Of a DNA stretch of 64,000 nucleotides, positions 16,074 to 24,387 are shown piece after piece. The first letter of the stretch is position 1; each line of letters starts with the position of its first letter. The notes beneath the pieces are model-generated. The model did not search any database. It saw only the letters and a program-made list of their open reading frames with translations, and was not told the origin of the DNA. A program made the position numbers and the translations under genes. The DNA comes from an uncultured Dehalococcoidia bacterium (GTDB lineage Bacteria; Chloroflexota; Dehalococcoidia; Lucifugimonadales; UBA3495): NCBI GenBank assembly GCA_958296225.1, contig OY282456.1, positions 3,750,523 through 3,814,522 on the forward strand, in the 5' to 3' direction.

Positions 16074-17621
16074 TTACTGGCCGGCCCGCACCCAATCGGC
16101 GCAGCGTTCGCCAATCATAATGGTGGTGCAGTTGGTGTTGGCGCGAATCACGTTGGGCATCACCGATGCGTCGGCGACTTTGATGTTTTCCAGGCCGTGG
16201 ATGTTCAGATGCTGGTCCACCACCGCCATGGCGTCGCTGGCCGGGCCCATCTTGCACGTGCCCGAGGCGTGGGTAGTGTTGAACACCGTCCGCCGCATCC
16301 AGCCGTCCAGCGCCGCGTCGGACGCCAAATCCTCCGCCGTTGGCTGCAGCACCTCGGCCACGATGGGCTGGAACGCCCCATGCTGCAGTAGGTCAACGGT
16401 AATCCGCACCGACTCCCGCAGCCGTTCCCGGTCCCGCTCCGGCTCCAGGTATCGGTAGTTCAACGACGGCTGCACGTTGGGGTCGTTGGCCGACAGCCGC
16501 ACTTCACCCGCGCCGTCCGCCAGTTCCAGGATGCAGTTGAACCGCACGCCTTCCGAATTGAACGGGTCGGCCCCGCCGATGGGCGACGAAAAGGACGACG
16601 CCGTAATCTGCATATCGTTGCGGTCGGGCGACCCGGTAGCGGTGTAGCGCAAAGCCGTCTGCGTCCGCGGCGCCAGCGGGTCCTGGGGAAAATCGTCATG
16701 CACCCGGCAAATGACCGGCACGATGGGGTGGTCGCGCAAGTTCCGGCCCACGCCGGGCAGTTCGTGAACCACCGGAATCTCCATCTCCCGCAGGTGCTCC
16801 GCCGGCCCGACGCCCGACAGCATCAGCAGCTGCGGCGACGCCATCGCCCCGGCGGAGAGGACAATCTGCCCGGCCTCCACCTGATAAACCTCGCCGCCGC
16901 TTTCCACCAGGACGCCCACGGCCCGTTTTCCTTCAAAAAGGACGCGATGCACCACTACGTTAGGCCGCACCGTCAGGTTGAGCCGGTGCCGCACCGCCCG
17001 CAGGAACGTCAAAGCAGTGCTCATCCGCACGCCCTCCGGGTTGTTCATCGGAATCGGCCCCACACCGCCGGAGTCGGGGCTGTTCATATCCACGTCTTCG
17101 GGATAGCCGGCCTCCAGGCAGGACTGAACGAAGGCTTCCTGGAAGGGCAGCCATTCCGTTTTCGGAAACCGGCGCACCGGAATCGGCCCTTCAGAGCCGT
17201 GAAAGTCGTCGCTGATGTCCAGGTCGGTTTCCATTTTGCGGAAGTAGGGCAGCACATCCACGAACGACCATTCATCGTTGCCCGCGGCGGCCCAGCCGTC
17301 ATAGTCCTCCGGCACGCCGCGCAGCAGCACCTGGCCGTTGATGGCGCTGGTGCCGCCCACCACCTTGCCCCGTGGCGCCGGCAGCATCTCCGTCTGTTCC
17401 GACGAGCCCTGCGCCCACCACGTCCAGTTGTGCGGCGCGCCCTGGGCCGAGGCGTCGGGCTTGTAGCCGTACTTCAAATCGTCGGGATAATACTCATAAT
17501 CCGGGTAGTCCGGCCCTGCTTCCAGCAGCAGCACCGACCGCTCCGGGTCTTCGGCCAGCCGGGAAGCGACTACGCAACCGCCGGAACCGGCCCCAATCAC
17601 TATCACGTCGTATTTCATCAT
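16074..17621 (-). CDS. GMC-family FAD oxidoreductase (paralogue 2)
   Basis: The 515-aa product has MMKYDVIVIGAGSGG and HASGTCKMGP...SVMPNVIRANTN. It is collinear with 8682..10220 and 39428..40963. Confidence 0.93.
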   Translation of the reverse strand: MMKYDVIVIGAGSGGCVVASRLAEDPERSVLLLEAGPDYPDYEYYPDDLKYGYKPDASAQGAPHNWTWWAQGSSEQTEMLPAPRGKVVGGTSAINGQVLLRGVPEDYDGWAAAGNDEWSFVDVLPYFRKMETDLDISDDFHGSEGPIPVRRFPKTEWLPFQEAFVQSCLEAGYPEDVDMNSPDSGGVGPIPMNNPEGVRMSTALTFLRAVRHRLNLTVRPNVVVHRVLFEGKRAVGVLVESGGEVYQVEAGQIVLSAGAMASPQLLMLSGVGPAEHLREMEIPVVHELPGVGRNLRDHPIVPVICRVHDDFPQDPLAPRTQTALRYTATGSPDRNDMQITASSFSSPIGGADPFNSEGVRFNCILELADGAGEVRLSANDPNVQPSLNYRYLEPERDRERLRESVRITVDLLQHGAFQPIVAEVLQPTAEDLASDAALDGWMRRTVFNTTHASGTCKMGPASDAMAVVDQHLNIHGLENIKVADASVMPNVIRANTNCTTIMIGERCADWVRAGQ

Positions 17622-17747
17622 TCCACCTGCATCGGCATTGTCGAGTGCGACATTGAATCGCCCGGCAAGGATAAAACAAGGCCGGAGTATTGAAAAGGGC
17701 CACGAGGTTTGCCCCGTGGCCCAGTGAGGTCGGGTAGCGACCGGGGA

Positions 17748-19769
17748 TTAGCCGCGTCCGTTCCGCAGCAGCCGCCCCGGCATCGCGCCGGTCGGCTCGC
17801 CGTCCTCAAAGGTAATCTCGCCGTTCACCAGCGTCCAGCGGTAGCCCCTGGCCTTCTGGATACGCCGCCACTCCCTGCCGGGCAAGTCCTCCGCGACCTC
17901 GGAAGGCAGCACCTCCAGCTTCTCCATATCATAGATGACCACGTCGGCCGGAGCGCCCTCGCGCAGCGCGCCGCGATCCTGGAATCCGCCGAAGTGAGCC
18001 GGCAGGTACGACAGCTTGAAGTGGGCATCCTCCAGCGTGATGACCTTTTCGTCGCGCACCAGCCAGGTCAGCATATCCGTCGGATAGGTGCCGGCGGTGA
18101 GGAACTTCACGTGGGCGCCGCCGTCGGAAACGCCGGCCACGATGTGGTTGGAGTCCAGCACCTCCGCCGTGTACTGCGCCACGTCCCGCCCCTGGGTATC
18201 CGCATAGAACTCGGTAGCCAGGTCGTCCTCAACGCACATATCCAGCAGCGCGTCGATAACGTGCTTGCCTTGCTCGTCGGCAATATCCTGCACCGACCGG
18301 CCGGCCTGGGGGCTGGACGCCTCGGTTTCATCCGGCGCCAGCGCGATGAGCCGTCCGTCAACCACGTTCACCACAAAGGAGCGCATCCGAAGCTCCGGGT
18401 TGGTGATGCCGCGTCCGCCGTCGTACTCGTACTCATAGCTGTGGGTGTCGCAGATGAACCGGTCGCCCTCATCGCACACCGTGCCGCCCTGGTGCGGGCA
18501 GGTAACCGACAGCAGCTTGTACCCGTCGCGGGTATTGATGAGGAAGTAGGACGCGCCTCCCGCTTGCACCATCGCAGGCAGCTCCGGGTAATCCGCCTCG
18601 GCGCCGATGTCAATTTTCACCTTGCGGGTCATCACCTGCAAGCTGCCCACCGAGCCGGGAATGACGGTCGTCGGGCGGATGTCGGAGTCCCATTCTTCCT
18701 TCAGGCGGCGACGCATCTCCGGGTCCTGCATCTTGGCCTTGCGCTCGGCTTTGTTGCCCAGGGTAACGTCGCGCCAGGCCGCGGTGTCGTCGAACAGGTT
18801 CCAGTCCTCAAAAGTCAGCTCGAAACCGCCCCGGCGAGTCGCGCCCTGGCCATAGACCCGCAGGCCGCGTTCGGCGCAGCTCTCCAGCCAGCGGATGCGC
18901 TCCCGGTGCTGCTCCGGGTGGACGGCGTTGGGCGACACCGCCTGGTACAGCACGGGCCGGCCGGAAACTGCCGCAACCTGCTCAAAGAACACCCGGGTCT
19001 CTTCGCCCAGGGGACGCCCTTCCTCGCCCGTCTCCTGGTAGGCCAGCTCGATGAAGCCCTCATCCCGGTCAGCCAGCACCTGGGCGAAGGTCAGCACCTC
19101 GTGCTCGGAGAGCAGGTCGGTAATCATCGGCGTGCCGTCATAGTCCCGCTGCACCGAGTTCGCGCCCAGCACCTGAGCCGACCAGCCGCAAGCGCCGGCG
19201 TCCATGGCCTCGTGAATCAGCCGCACCATCTCCTGCAGTTCTACCTCAGTGGGGCGGCGGTTCTTGGCCTCGTCCCAGCCCATTACCCAGGCGTACAGCG
19301 GAGTCAGCGGCACGTAGGTCAGACAGTTCACGCCTTTGGGCGTGTTGGTCAGGCTGTCGATAAAATCGGGGAAAGTAACCCAGTTCCAGGGCATCCCTTC
19401 CTTCATGGCATCGTAGGGGATGGCCTCGTTGCGAGTCATGCTCAGCATCGCCCGGTCCTGGTCTTCCACCCGCGACGGTGCGAAACCGAACCCGCAGTTG
19501 CCCAGCGCCACCGAAGTAACGCCGTGCCATCCCGACAGCGTGCAATAAGGGTCCCAGAAAATCTGAGCGTCGTAGTGAGTGTGCAGGTCAACAAAGCCCG
19601 GCGCTACAATCAGCCCCTCGGCGTCAATGATACGGTCTGCGGCGCCACCGTTCAATCCGCCAATCTTGGCAATCTTGCCGTCCTTGATGGCGATGTCGCT
19701 TACGTAACGCGGCGTGCGAGTTCCATCGACGATAGTGCCTTTCCTGATAATAATGTCGTAATCCGCCAT
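17748..19769 (-). CDS. D-aminoacylase-like (N-acyl-D-amino-acid deacylase family) amidohydrolase with an inserted Rieske-like module
   Basis: I set the start at MADYDIIIRKG (19769), preceded by GGAGGGGGAG. Supporting motifs are PGFVDLHTHYD, the C-terminal GALREGAPADVVIYD, and an internal FLINTRDGYKLLSVTCPHQGG...ICDTH. Confidence 0.85.
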   Translation of the reverse strand: MADYDIIIRKGTIVDGTRTPRYVSDIAIKDGKIAKIGGLNGGAADRIIDAEGLIVAPGFVDLHTHYDAQIFWDPYCTLSGWHGVTSVALGNCGFGFAPSRVEDQDRAMLSMTRNEAIPYDAMKEGMPWNWVTFPDFIDSLTNTPKGVNCLTYVPLTPLYAWVMGWDEAKNRRPTEVELQEMVRLIHEAMDAGACGWSAQVLGANSVQRDYDGTPMITDLLSEHEVLTFAQVLADRDEGFIELAYQETGEEGRPLGEETRVFFEQVAAVSGRPVLYQAVSPNAVHPEQHRERIRWLESCAERGLRVYGQGATRRGGFELTFEDWNLFDDTAAWRDVTLGNKAERKAKMQDPEMRRRLKEEWDSDIRPTTVIPGSVGSLQVMTRKVKIDIGAEADYPELPAMVQAGGASYFLINTRDGYKLLSVTCPHQGGTVCDEGDRFICDTHSYEYEYDGGRGITNPELRMRSFVVNVVDGRLIALAPDETEASSPQAGRSVQDIADEQGKHVIDALLDMCVEDDLATEFYADTQGRDVAQYTAEVLDSNHIVAGVSDGGAHVKFLTAGTYPTDMLTWLVRDEKVITLEDAHFKLSYLPAHFGGFQDRGALREGAPADVVIYDMEKLEVLPSEVAEDLPGREWRRIQKARGYRWTLVNGEITFEDGEPTGAMPGRLLRNGRG

Positions 19770-19996
19770 CACTCCCCCTCCTCTTGGATGTGGATATGGA
19801 TTCCAGCAGGTCAAAATCCGTCAGGACTTCGGTGTTGGGCCAGTCTAAAATACCGGGAATGAATGCCGGCGTCAATAAAATTTATTCGTTTTCAAAATGC
19901 CGTGCTGCAATAGAACCACCGGATTCGGGATGACGCCGCATCCCCCAGGCACTATAATCGGTACACGCAGCCACGCGCTGCGCCAGGGAGGAACCC

Positions 19997-21025
19997 ATGA
20001 ACTTTGGTATGTTTACCGACTTCCATATCGGCGAAAACAAGACCCAGGCTGAGGCGTTTGATGAATCCTTTACCCAAATCAGCGACGCCGAGGGCATGGG
20101 CTTCGACACTGTTTGGCTGGCCGAGCATCACTTCAGCCCCGAGCGGGCCGTGCTGGCCTCTCCCATGGTCATCGCCAGCGCCATCGCCGCCCGCACCCAC
20201 CGCATCCGCACCGGGCTGGCGGTTCAAGTGCTCCCGCTGACCAACCCCTTGCGCGTTGCGGAAGAGGCCGCCACCGTTGACCATATCAGCAAGGGCCGCT
20301 TCGAGTTCGGCATCGGGCGCAGCGGCCTCACCAAGTATTACCAAGGCTACAACATTCCATACTCCGAAAGCCGCCCCCGCTTCCTGGAAGCCCTGGAAAT
20401 CATTATGAAAGCCTGGCAAAACGATGAGTTTTCCCACCAGGGCGAGTTCCATTCTTACCATGACGTAGCCGTGGTGCCCAAACCGTACCAGCAGCCCTAC
20501 CCGCCCGTTCGCGTCGCTGTGGCCGGCGAGGATACTTTTCCCATCATCGGCAAGCTGGGGCACCCCATCTTTGTCAGCGCCAACACCGGCCGCGCTCAAC
20601 TCCGGGAGCGCATTGGCTCGTACCTGGAAAGCCGGGCCGGCGCCGGCTTCGACGGCCCCGCCGACATCGCCGTGCGCGTCCCCGTCTATGCCGCCGAAAC
20701 CACCGGGCGAGCCCACTCCGAACCCGAAGCCAGCGCTATGTCCGCCATCCGGTACGCCGCCAGCGAGCTGGTCAAAACCGCCGCCAGCGAGGAAACCGCC
20801 GCCCGAATCCGCCAGACGGCCAACACTCCCTACGAGGATGTCCTCCGCCAGCGCGTCGTATTCGGCACCCCCGAGGAAATCGTGGCCCGGTTCAAGGGCT
20901 ACCAGGAAGACTTCGGCGCCACCGGCGTAGTGATGGAAGTGAACTACGGCGGCAGAATCCCCTACGACCGCGTCAAAAACTCCCTGCGCCTCATCAGCGA
21001 ACGGGTGATGCCCCACTTCAAATAG
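19997..21025 (+). CDS. LLM-class flavin-dependent oxidoreductase
   Basis: The 342-aa product has GFDTVWLAEHHFSPE, AEEAATVDHISKGRFEFGIGRSG and a C-terminal SLRLISERVMPHFK. It is a paralogue of 25821..26873. Confidence 0.92.
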   Translation: MNFGMFTDFHIGENKTQAEAFDESFTQISDAEGMGFDTVWLAEHHFSPERAVLASPMVIASAIAARTHRIRTGLAVQVLPLTNPLRVAEEAATVDHISKGRFEFGIGRSGLTKYYQGYNIPYSESRPRFLEALEIIMKAWQNDEFSHQGEFHSYHDVAVVPKPYQQPYPPVRVAVAGEDTFPIIGKLGHPIFVSANTGRAQLRERIGSYLESRAGAGFDGPADIAVRVPVYAAETTGRAHSEPEASAMSAIRYAASELVKTAASEETAARIRQTANTPYEDVLRQRVVFGTPEEIVARFKGYQEDFGATGVVMEVNYGGRIPYDRVKNSLRLISERVMPHFK

Positions 21026-21076
21026 CCGTTCATCTTTTCAAATAGCCGTACCTCTTTCGCTGCGGCCAATGCGAAA

Positions 21077-21100
21077 CGGGGGTGTCGTTGGACGCCCCCG
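21077..21100. terminator. Hairpin between convergent genes (possible bidirectional terminator)
   Basis: cgggggtgtc-gttg-gacgcccccg forms a 10-bp stem with one G-U pair. It lies between the LLM stop and the VOC stop. Confidence 0.5.
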
Positions 21101-21129
21101 CAACGGTTTGAACCCGGCCGGACGGCGGG

Positions 21130-21633
21130 TTACCTGGCCATCGCCGCCGCTTGCGCGGCCAGCTCCTCGTCCCACGGGCCGGACAGCCGCCCCTTTTCGG
21201 TGCCGCCAATCATATAACCGCTCTCATCGTGTCCCCACTGGTTGCGGGGCATCTCGTAAGAAAGCTCGATGCCGTTGCCGTCGGGGTCGCGGATGTAGAT
21301 ACCGATGGCGTGGCCGTGGTCGGAAACGCGGTCGATGGGGATGTTCTTTTCCTTGACCCGGTAGTAGAGCTCCTTCAGGTCATCCAGCGTGTCCATATAC
21401 CACGCTATGTGGTTCAGCCCCACCTGCCCCGCCTGCGGCCCCAGGGCGTTTTCTCCCACTTCGGTCAGCGCAATTTCGTGGGAGTTCTCCAAGTCCGCCG
21501 ACATAAACGCGGCGCCCCCCGGCCGGAACCCGTAGGTGTGCAGACCCAGCAGGTCCTCGTACCACTCCCGCGCTCGTTCCGCATTGCGCACAAAAATGTT
21601 GACGTGTCCCAAATTTCGCGGCGTGTAACCCAT
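21130..21633 (-). CDS. VOC-family protein (glyoxalase / extradiol dioxygenase fold)
   Basis: I set the start at MGYTPRNLGHVNIFV (21633), preceded by AAAGGAGG. Supporting motifs are HEIALTE, LNHIAWY and GIYIRDPDGNGIEL. Confidence 0.85.
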   Translation of the reverse strand: MGYTPRNLGHVNIFVRNAERAREWYEDLLGLHTYGFRPGGAAFMSADLENSHEIALTEVGENALGPQAGQVGLNHIAWYMDTLDDLKELYYRVKEKNIPIDRVSDHGHAIGIYIRDPDGNGIELSYEMPRNQWGHDESGYMIGGTEKGRLSGPWDEELAAQAAAMAR

Positions 21634-21767
21634 AATGCCCTCCTTTTTAGCAGCGTATTTTACATCGCCGGACAGGATTGACAAGATTTGATGATTGATA
21701 CCTGGCGGATTCCGGCCCTAACCGGCCAAAATCCGGCATCTCCTGTTCAGCGATGCGAAAACCCGCC

Positions 21768-23492
21768 TTACCCGGTTTCCCCGCTCAGGCTGTAAATCTG
21801 ACCGGGCCGCCCGCCTTCCGGCAATCCCAGGGGCAGGTGCACGTTCAGCAGGAACGGTCGCTTTTCGTCCTCCACAATCCGCAGGCCATACTCAATGGCG
21901 TCGCCGATGGCAGCCTCGTCGGTGGCGTCCATCGCCTCCACGCCAAACCCCTCGGCCAGCTTCACCGGGTCGATGTTGTCCAGGACGACGCCCCGGTACT
22001 CGCCGGTTTCCTTCATATTGGCGTTGGCGTTGGCAAAGGAACTGGCGACGATGCCGTAAGCGCCGTTGTTGGAGATGCAGTAGAGCACGGGGATGCCGTG
22101 GCTGGCCGCCGTCCACAGCGCCGAGTCCGAGTAGTACAGCGACCCGTCGCCCACCAGTCCCACCACCGGCTTGTCGGGAGCGCCCAGCTTGGCCCCAATC
22201 GCCATACCCACGCCGTACCCTTCGGAGCCGCCGGCCGGCCGGATGTACTCGTTGTTGCCGGCCCCGCCGGTATTGGCGAGAATATCCTGCGCCACGGCGA
22301 ACTGCTCAATAGTTACCAGGCCGCCGCCCCGGTGCTCCAGCGCGTTATCCAGAGCGTCGCCCAACACAGCCGCCCGCACCTTGCCCTGCTGCGGCGCAGC
22401 CCGCAGGGCGGTGTCGCGACGTTGGGCGCGCAGCGCCGCAACTTCCTCTCGGGCCCGACTGCGACGGTCAGCCAGTTCATCCGCAGCCGATTCCGTCGCT
22501 TCCAGGATACGCCGGGCCGCGCGGCGTTCGTCCGCCAGCACCGCCAGGTCAAGGCCGGGGATGTTCTCCAGATTCTCGGCGTCCGCGCCAATGGCGATAG
22601 TTCGTTCTGCGTCGTAGAAAGCCGTATAGTCGCTGGCATTGCCGGCGCCGTTGTGCGTAACGCCGATGCACAGGATGAGGTCGGGGTCAATGTCGGGCGC
22701 CTGTTCCAGCCGGCGGCCCCCGGCGTGCAGCGGGTGCTTGATGGAAACCGCGCGTGGGTCGCCCACCACCGGCACGCCAAACCGCTCGGCCAAGGCGGTT
22801 ACTTCGCTGATGGCGCCGCTCTTCCAGACGCCGTCCCCCACGTACAGCAGGGGCCGTTTGGCGTCGCGCAAAGCCCGGGCCACCGCCTCCACGTCGCCGT
22901 CCGACGGGTAGCCGGCGCGGAACTCCGGCAACTGCCCGTCAATTATGTTGGCGGTAAACTCCGCCGGCCCCAGCAAACGGTCATACACCGCCAGATGCAC
23001 CGGGCCCACCGGCGGCGTCATCGCTACCCGCAAAGCCCGCTCGACGGCGGCCGGCAATCCTTCCGGTTCAATCACCGTCCAGTTAGCCTTGGTCAACGGG
23101 GCCGCAATCGCGGTGGGGCCGGCGTTATGGCTCACGTCCAGGCTTATTTTGCCGGCGAAACTGCCCGTATCGCCGGCAAACGTAATTACCACCACCGGCA
23201 GGCTCCCTGTCCAGACGTTGATAAGCTGCCCCATCGCCTGCGCCAGACCGGCGCCCAGATGCACTACCATCACGCCGGGGGCCAGATTGGCCTGGGTGTA
23301 CCCGCCGGCCATCGCCGTAACCGCGCCCTCGTGCAGCCCCAGAATGCCGTGGATGTCGGAGCGCGAGTGCAGTTCGTTGAAGAACAGCGCCTCCCGAGAG
23401 CCGGAGTTGTTAAAAACATACTTCACGCCGGAAGCCACCATCTGCTCCACCATCAGGCGGGATGCGCTGGCGGTCATTTCCCTAGTCTGCAT
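21768..23492 (-). CDS. Thiamine-diphosphate-dependent enzyme (acetolactate synthase / benzoylformate decarboxylase-like)
   Basis: The 574-aa product has an N-terminal pyrimidine-binding domain (VKYVFNNSGSRE...HEGAVTAMAGGY) and a TPP motif GLVGDGSLYYSDSALWTAASHGIPVLYCISNNGAYG. Confidence 0.9.
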   Translation of the reverse strand: MQTREMTASASRLMVEQMVASGVKYVFNNSGSREALFFNELHSRSDIHGILGLHEGAVTAMAGGYTQANLAPGVMVVHLGAGLAQAMGQLINVWTGSLPVVVITFAGDTGSFAGKISLDVSHNAGPTAIAAPLTKANWTVIEPEGLPAAVERALRVAMTPPVGPVHLAVYDRLLGPAEFTANIIDGQLPEFRAGYPSDGDVEAVARALRDAKRPLLYVGDGVWKSGAISEVTALAERFGVPVVGDPRAVSIKHPLHAGGRRLEQAPDIDPDLILCIGVTHNGAGNASDYTAFYDAERTIAIGADAENLENIPGLDLAVLADERRAARRILEATESAADELADRRSRAREEVAALRAQRRDTALRAAPQQGKVRAAVLGDALDNALEHRGGGLVTIEQFAVAQDILANTGGAGNNEYIRPAGGSEGYGVGMAIGAKLGAPDKPVVGLVGDGSLYYSDSALWTAASHGIPVLYCISNNGAYGIVASSFANANANMKETGEYRGVVLDNIDPVKLAEGFGVEAMDATDEAAIGDAIEYGLRIVEDEKRPFLLNVHLPLGLPEGGRPGQIYSLSGETG

Positions 23493-23675
23493 TACGTTTC
23501 TCCTTGTGTAGCCGATTGTTATGGCGAATAGTACGGCGCGGGGTGCCGGATGTCCACCTCATCATCGAGTCCATTGCAAGCGTAGTGTGTCAAGCGCGCT
23601 GCTGCGACGGTCATCGTGAGGGGAGCGCGCTTGACACGTCGCTAGGTTCCTCGCAGTAACAACCGCAAGGCCCTA

Positions 23676-23704
23676 CTGACAACAACTAATCTGTTGTGTA
23701 CAAT
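23676..23704 (+). promoter_or_regulatory. hicAB promoter with an embedded palindromic operator
   Basis: CTGACA is followed by 17 nt and TACAAT, which ends 6 nt before the hicA ATG. This implies a near-leaderless mRNA. The spacer contains the inverted repeat ACAACA-N7-TGTTGT (23679-23697). Confidence 0.55.
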
Positions 23705-23710
23705 CAGTTC

Positions 23711-23899
23711 ATGAACTCCAACTAATTCCGGCGATGGCTCCAAGAACGGGGTTGCACATTTGAAAACCATAGCGGAGGCAGCGGTCATTTGACCGTGCGG
23801 CGTGGCGACCGGACTTCCCAATTGCCAATGCACGGAGGCCGCAGGGAATTGGGAAAGGGGCTTGTTGCCAAAATCAAAAAGGACTTGGGGTTGAACTGA
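23711..23899 (+). pseudogene. hicA: hicA toxin gene inactivated by an in-frame TAA at codon 5
   Basis: The translation is MNSN*FRRWLQERGCTFENHSGGSGHLTVRRGDRTSQLPMHGGRRELGKGLVAKIKKDLGLN. It matches the E. coli-type HicA pattern (xEFRRWL...GSxHL...PxH...LGL). The stop at 23723-23725 sits where Glu (GAA) is expected. The gene's terminal TGA overlaps the hicB ATG. Confidence 0.85.
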
Positions 23900-24387
23900 T
23901 GCTTGCTTACCCAATTGAACTGGAACACGACGAGGGTACTCTGCTGGCTACATCGCCCGATTTTCCCGAGCTCACCACTTTTGGCGATGACTACGACGAA
24001 GCCCTCGCGCGGGCGGCGGATGCTCTTGAAGAAGCTATTGCGGCACGCATTCATACTGGCCAGGATGTCCCCGCGCCGTCGTCAGGTCAAGACTACGTTC
24101 GGTTGCCGACTCTTACCACTGTCAAGCTATTGCTGTACCAAGGGATGCGAGAGCAGGGCATCAGTAAAGCCGCGTTGGCCCAGCGTCTGGGTTGGAATTT
24201 GCCTCAAATTGACCGGGTTCTGGATATTCAACATCATTCCCGATTGGACCAGATGGACGCCGCGCTGGGCGCCATTGGTCAGCAGTTGCTCGTGACCGCC
24301 TGTAAGGGGTGGGCATCCGGCGCTAATCGTCCAGTTCCAGAAACGCGCGCACCTTCGTCCGGAAAGGTTCCTTGTCATAAGTGTTGA
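23899..24387 (+). CDS. hicB: HicB-family antitoxin (N-terminal HicB fold plus C-terminal HTH) with a run-on C-terminal tail
   Basis: MLAYPIELEHDEGTLLATSPDFPELTTFGDDYDEALARAADALEEAI...ISKAALAQRLGWNLPQIDRVLD...ALGAIGQQLLVTA is collinear with E. coli HicB. About 30 extra residues then overlap the 3' end of the convergent HpaB gene. Confidence 0.85.
   Translation: MLAYPIELEHDEGTLLATSPDFPELTTFGDDYDEALARAADALEEAIAARIHTGQDVPAPSSGQDYVRLPTLTTVKLLLYQGMREQGISKAALAQRLGWNLPQIDRVLDIQHHSRLDQMDAALGAIGQQLLVTACKGWASGANRPVPETRAPSSGKVPCHKC

Noticed and set aside
17709-19862. 717-aa plus-strand ORF
   Set aside because: It is fully antisense to the amidohydrolase gene, has no recognisable motifs, and has shadow-ORF composition.
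23510-23525. Shared tagccgattgt motif upstream of the TPP enzyme gene and at 47517-47530
   Set aside because: An 11-nt match overlapping putative -10 regions could be chance. That is insufficient to call a regulatory motif.
21753-23531. 592-aa plus-strand ORF
   Set aside because: It is antisense to the TPP enzyme gene, which has unmistakable TPP-binding motifs.
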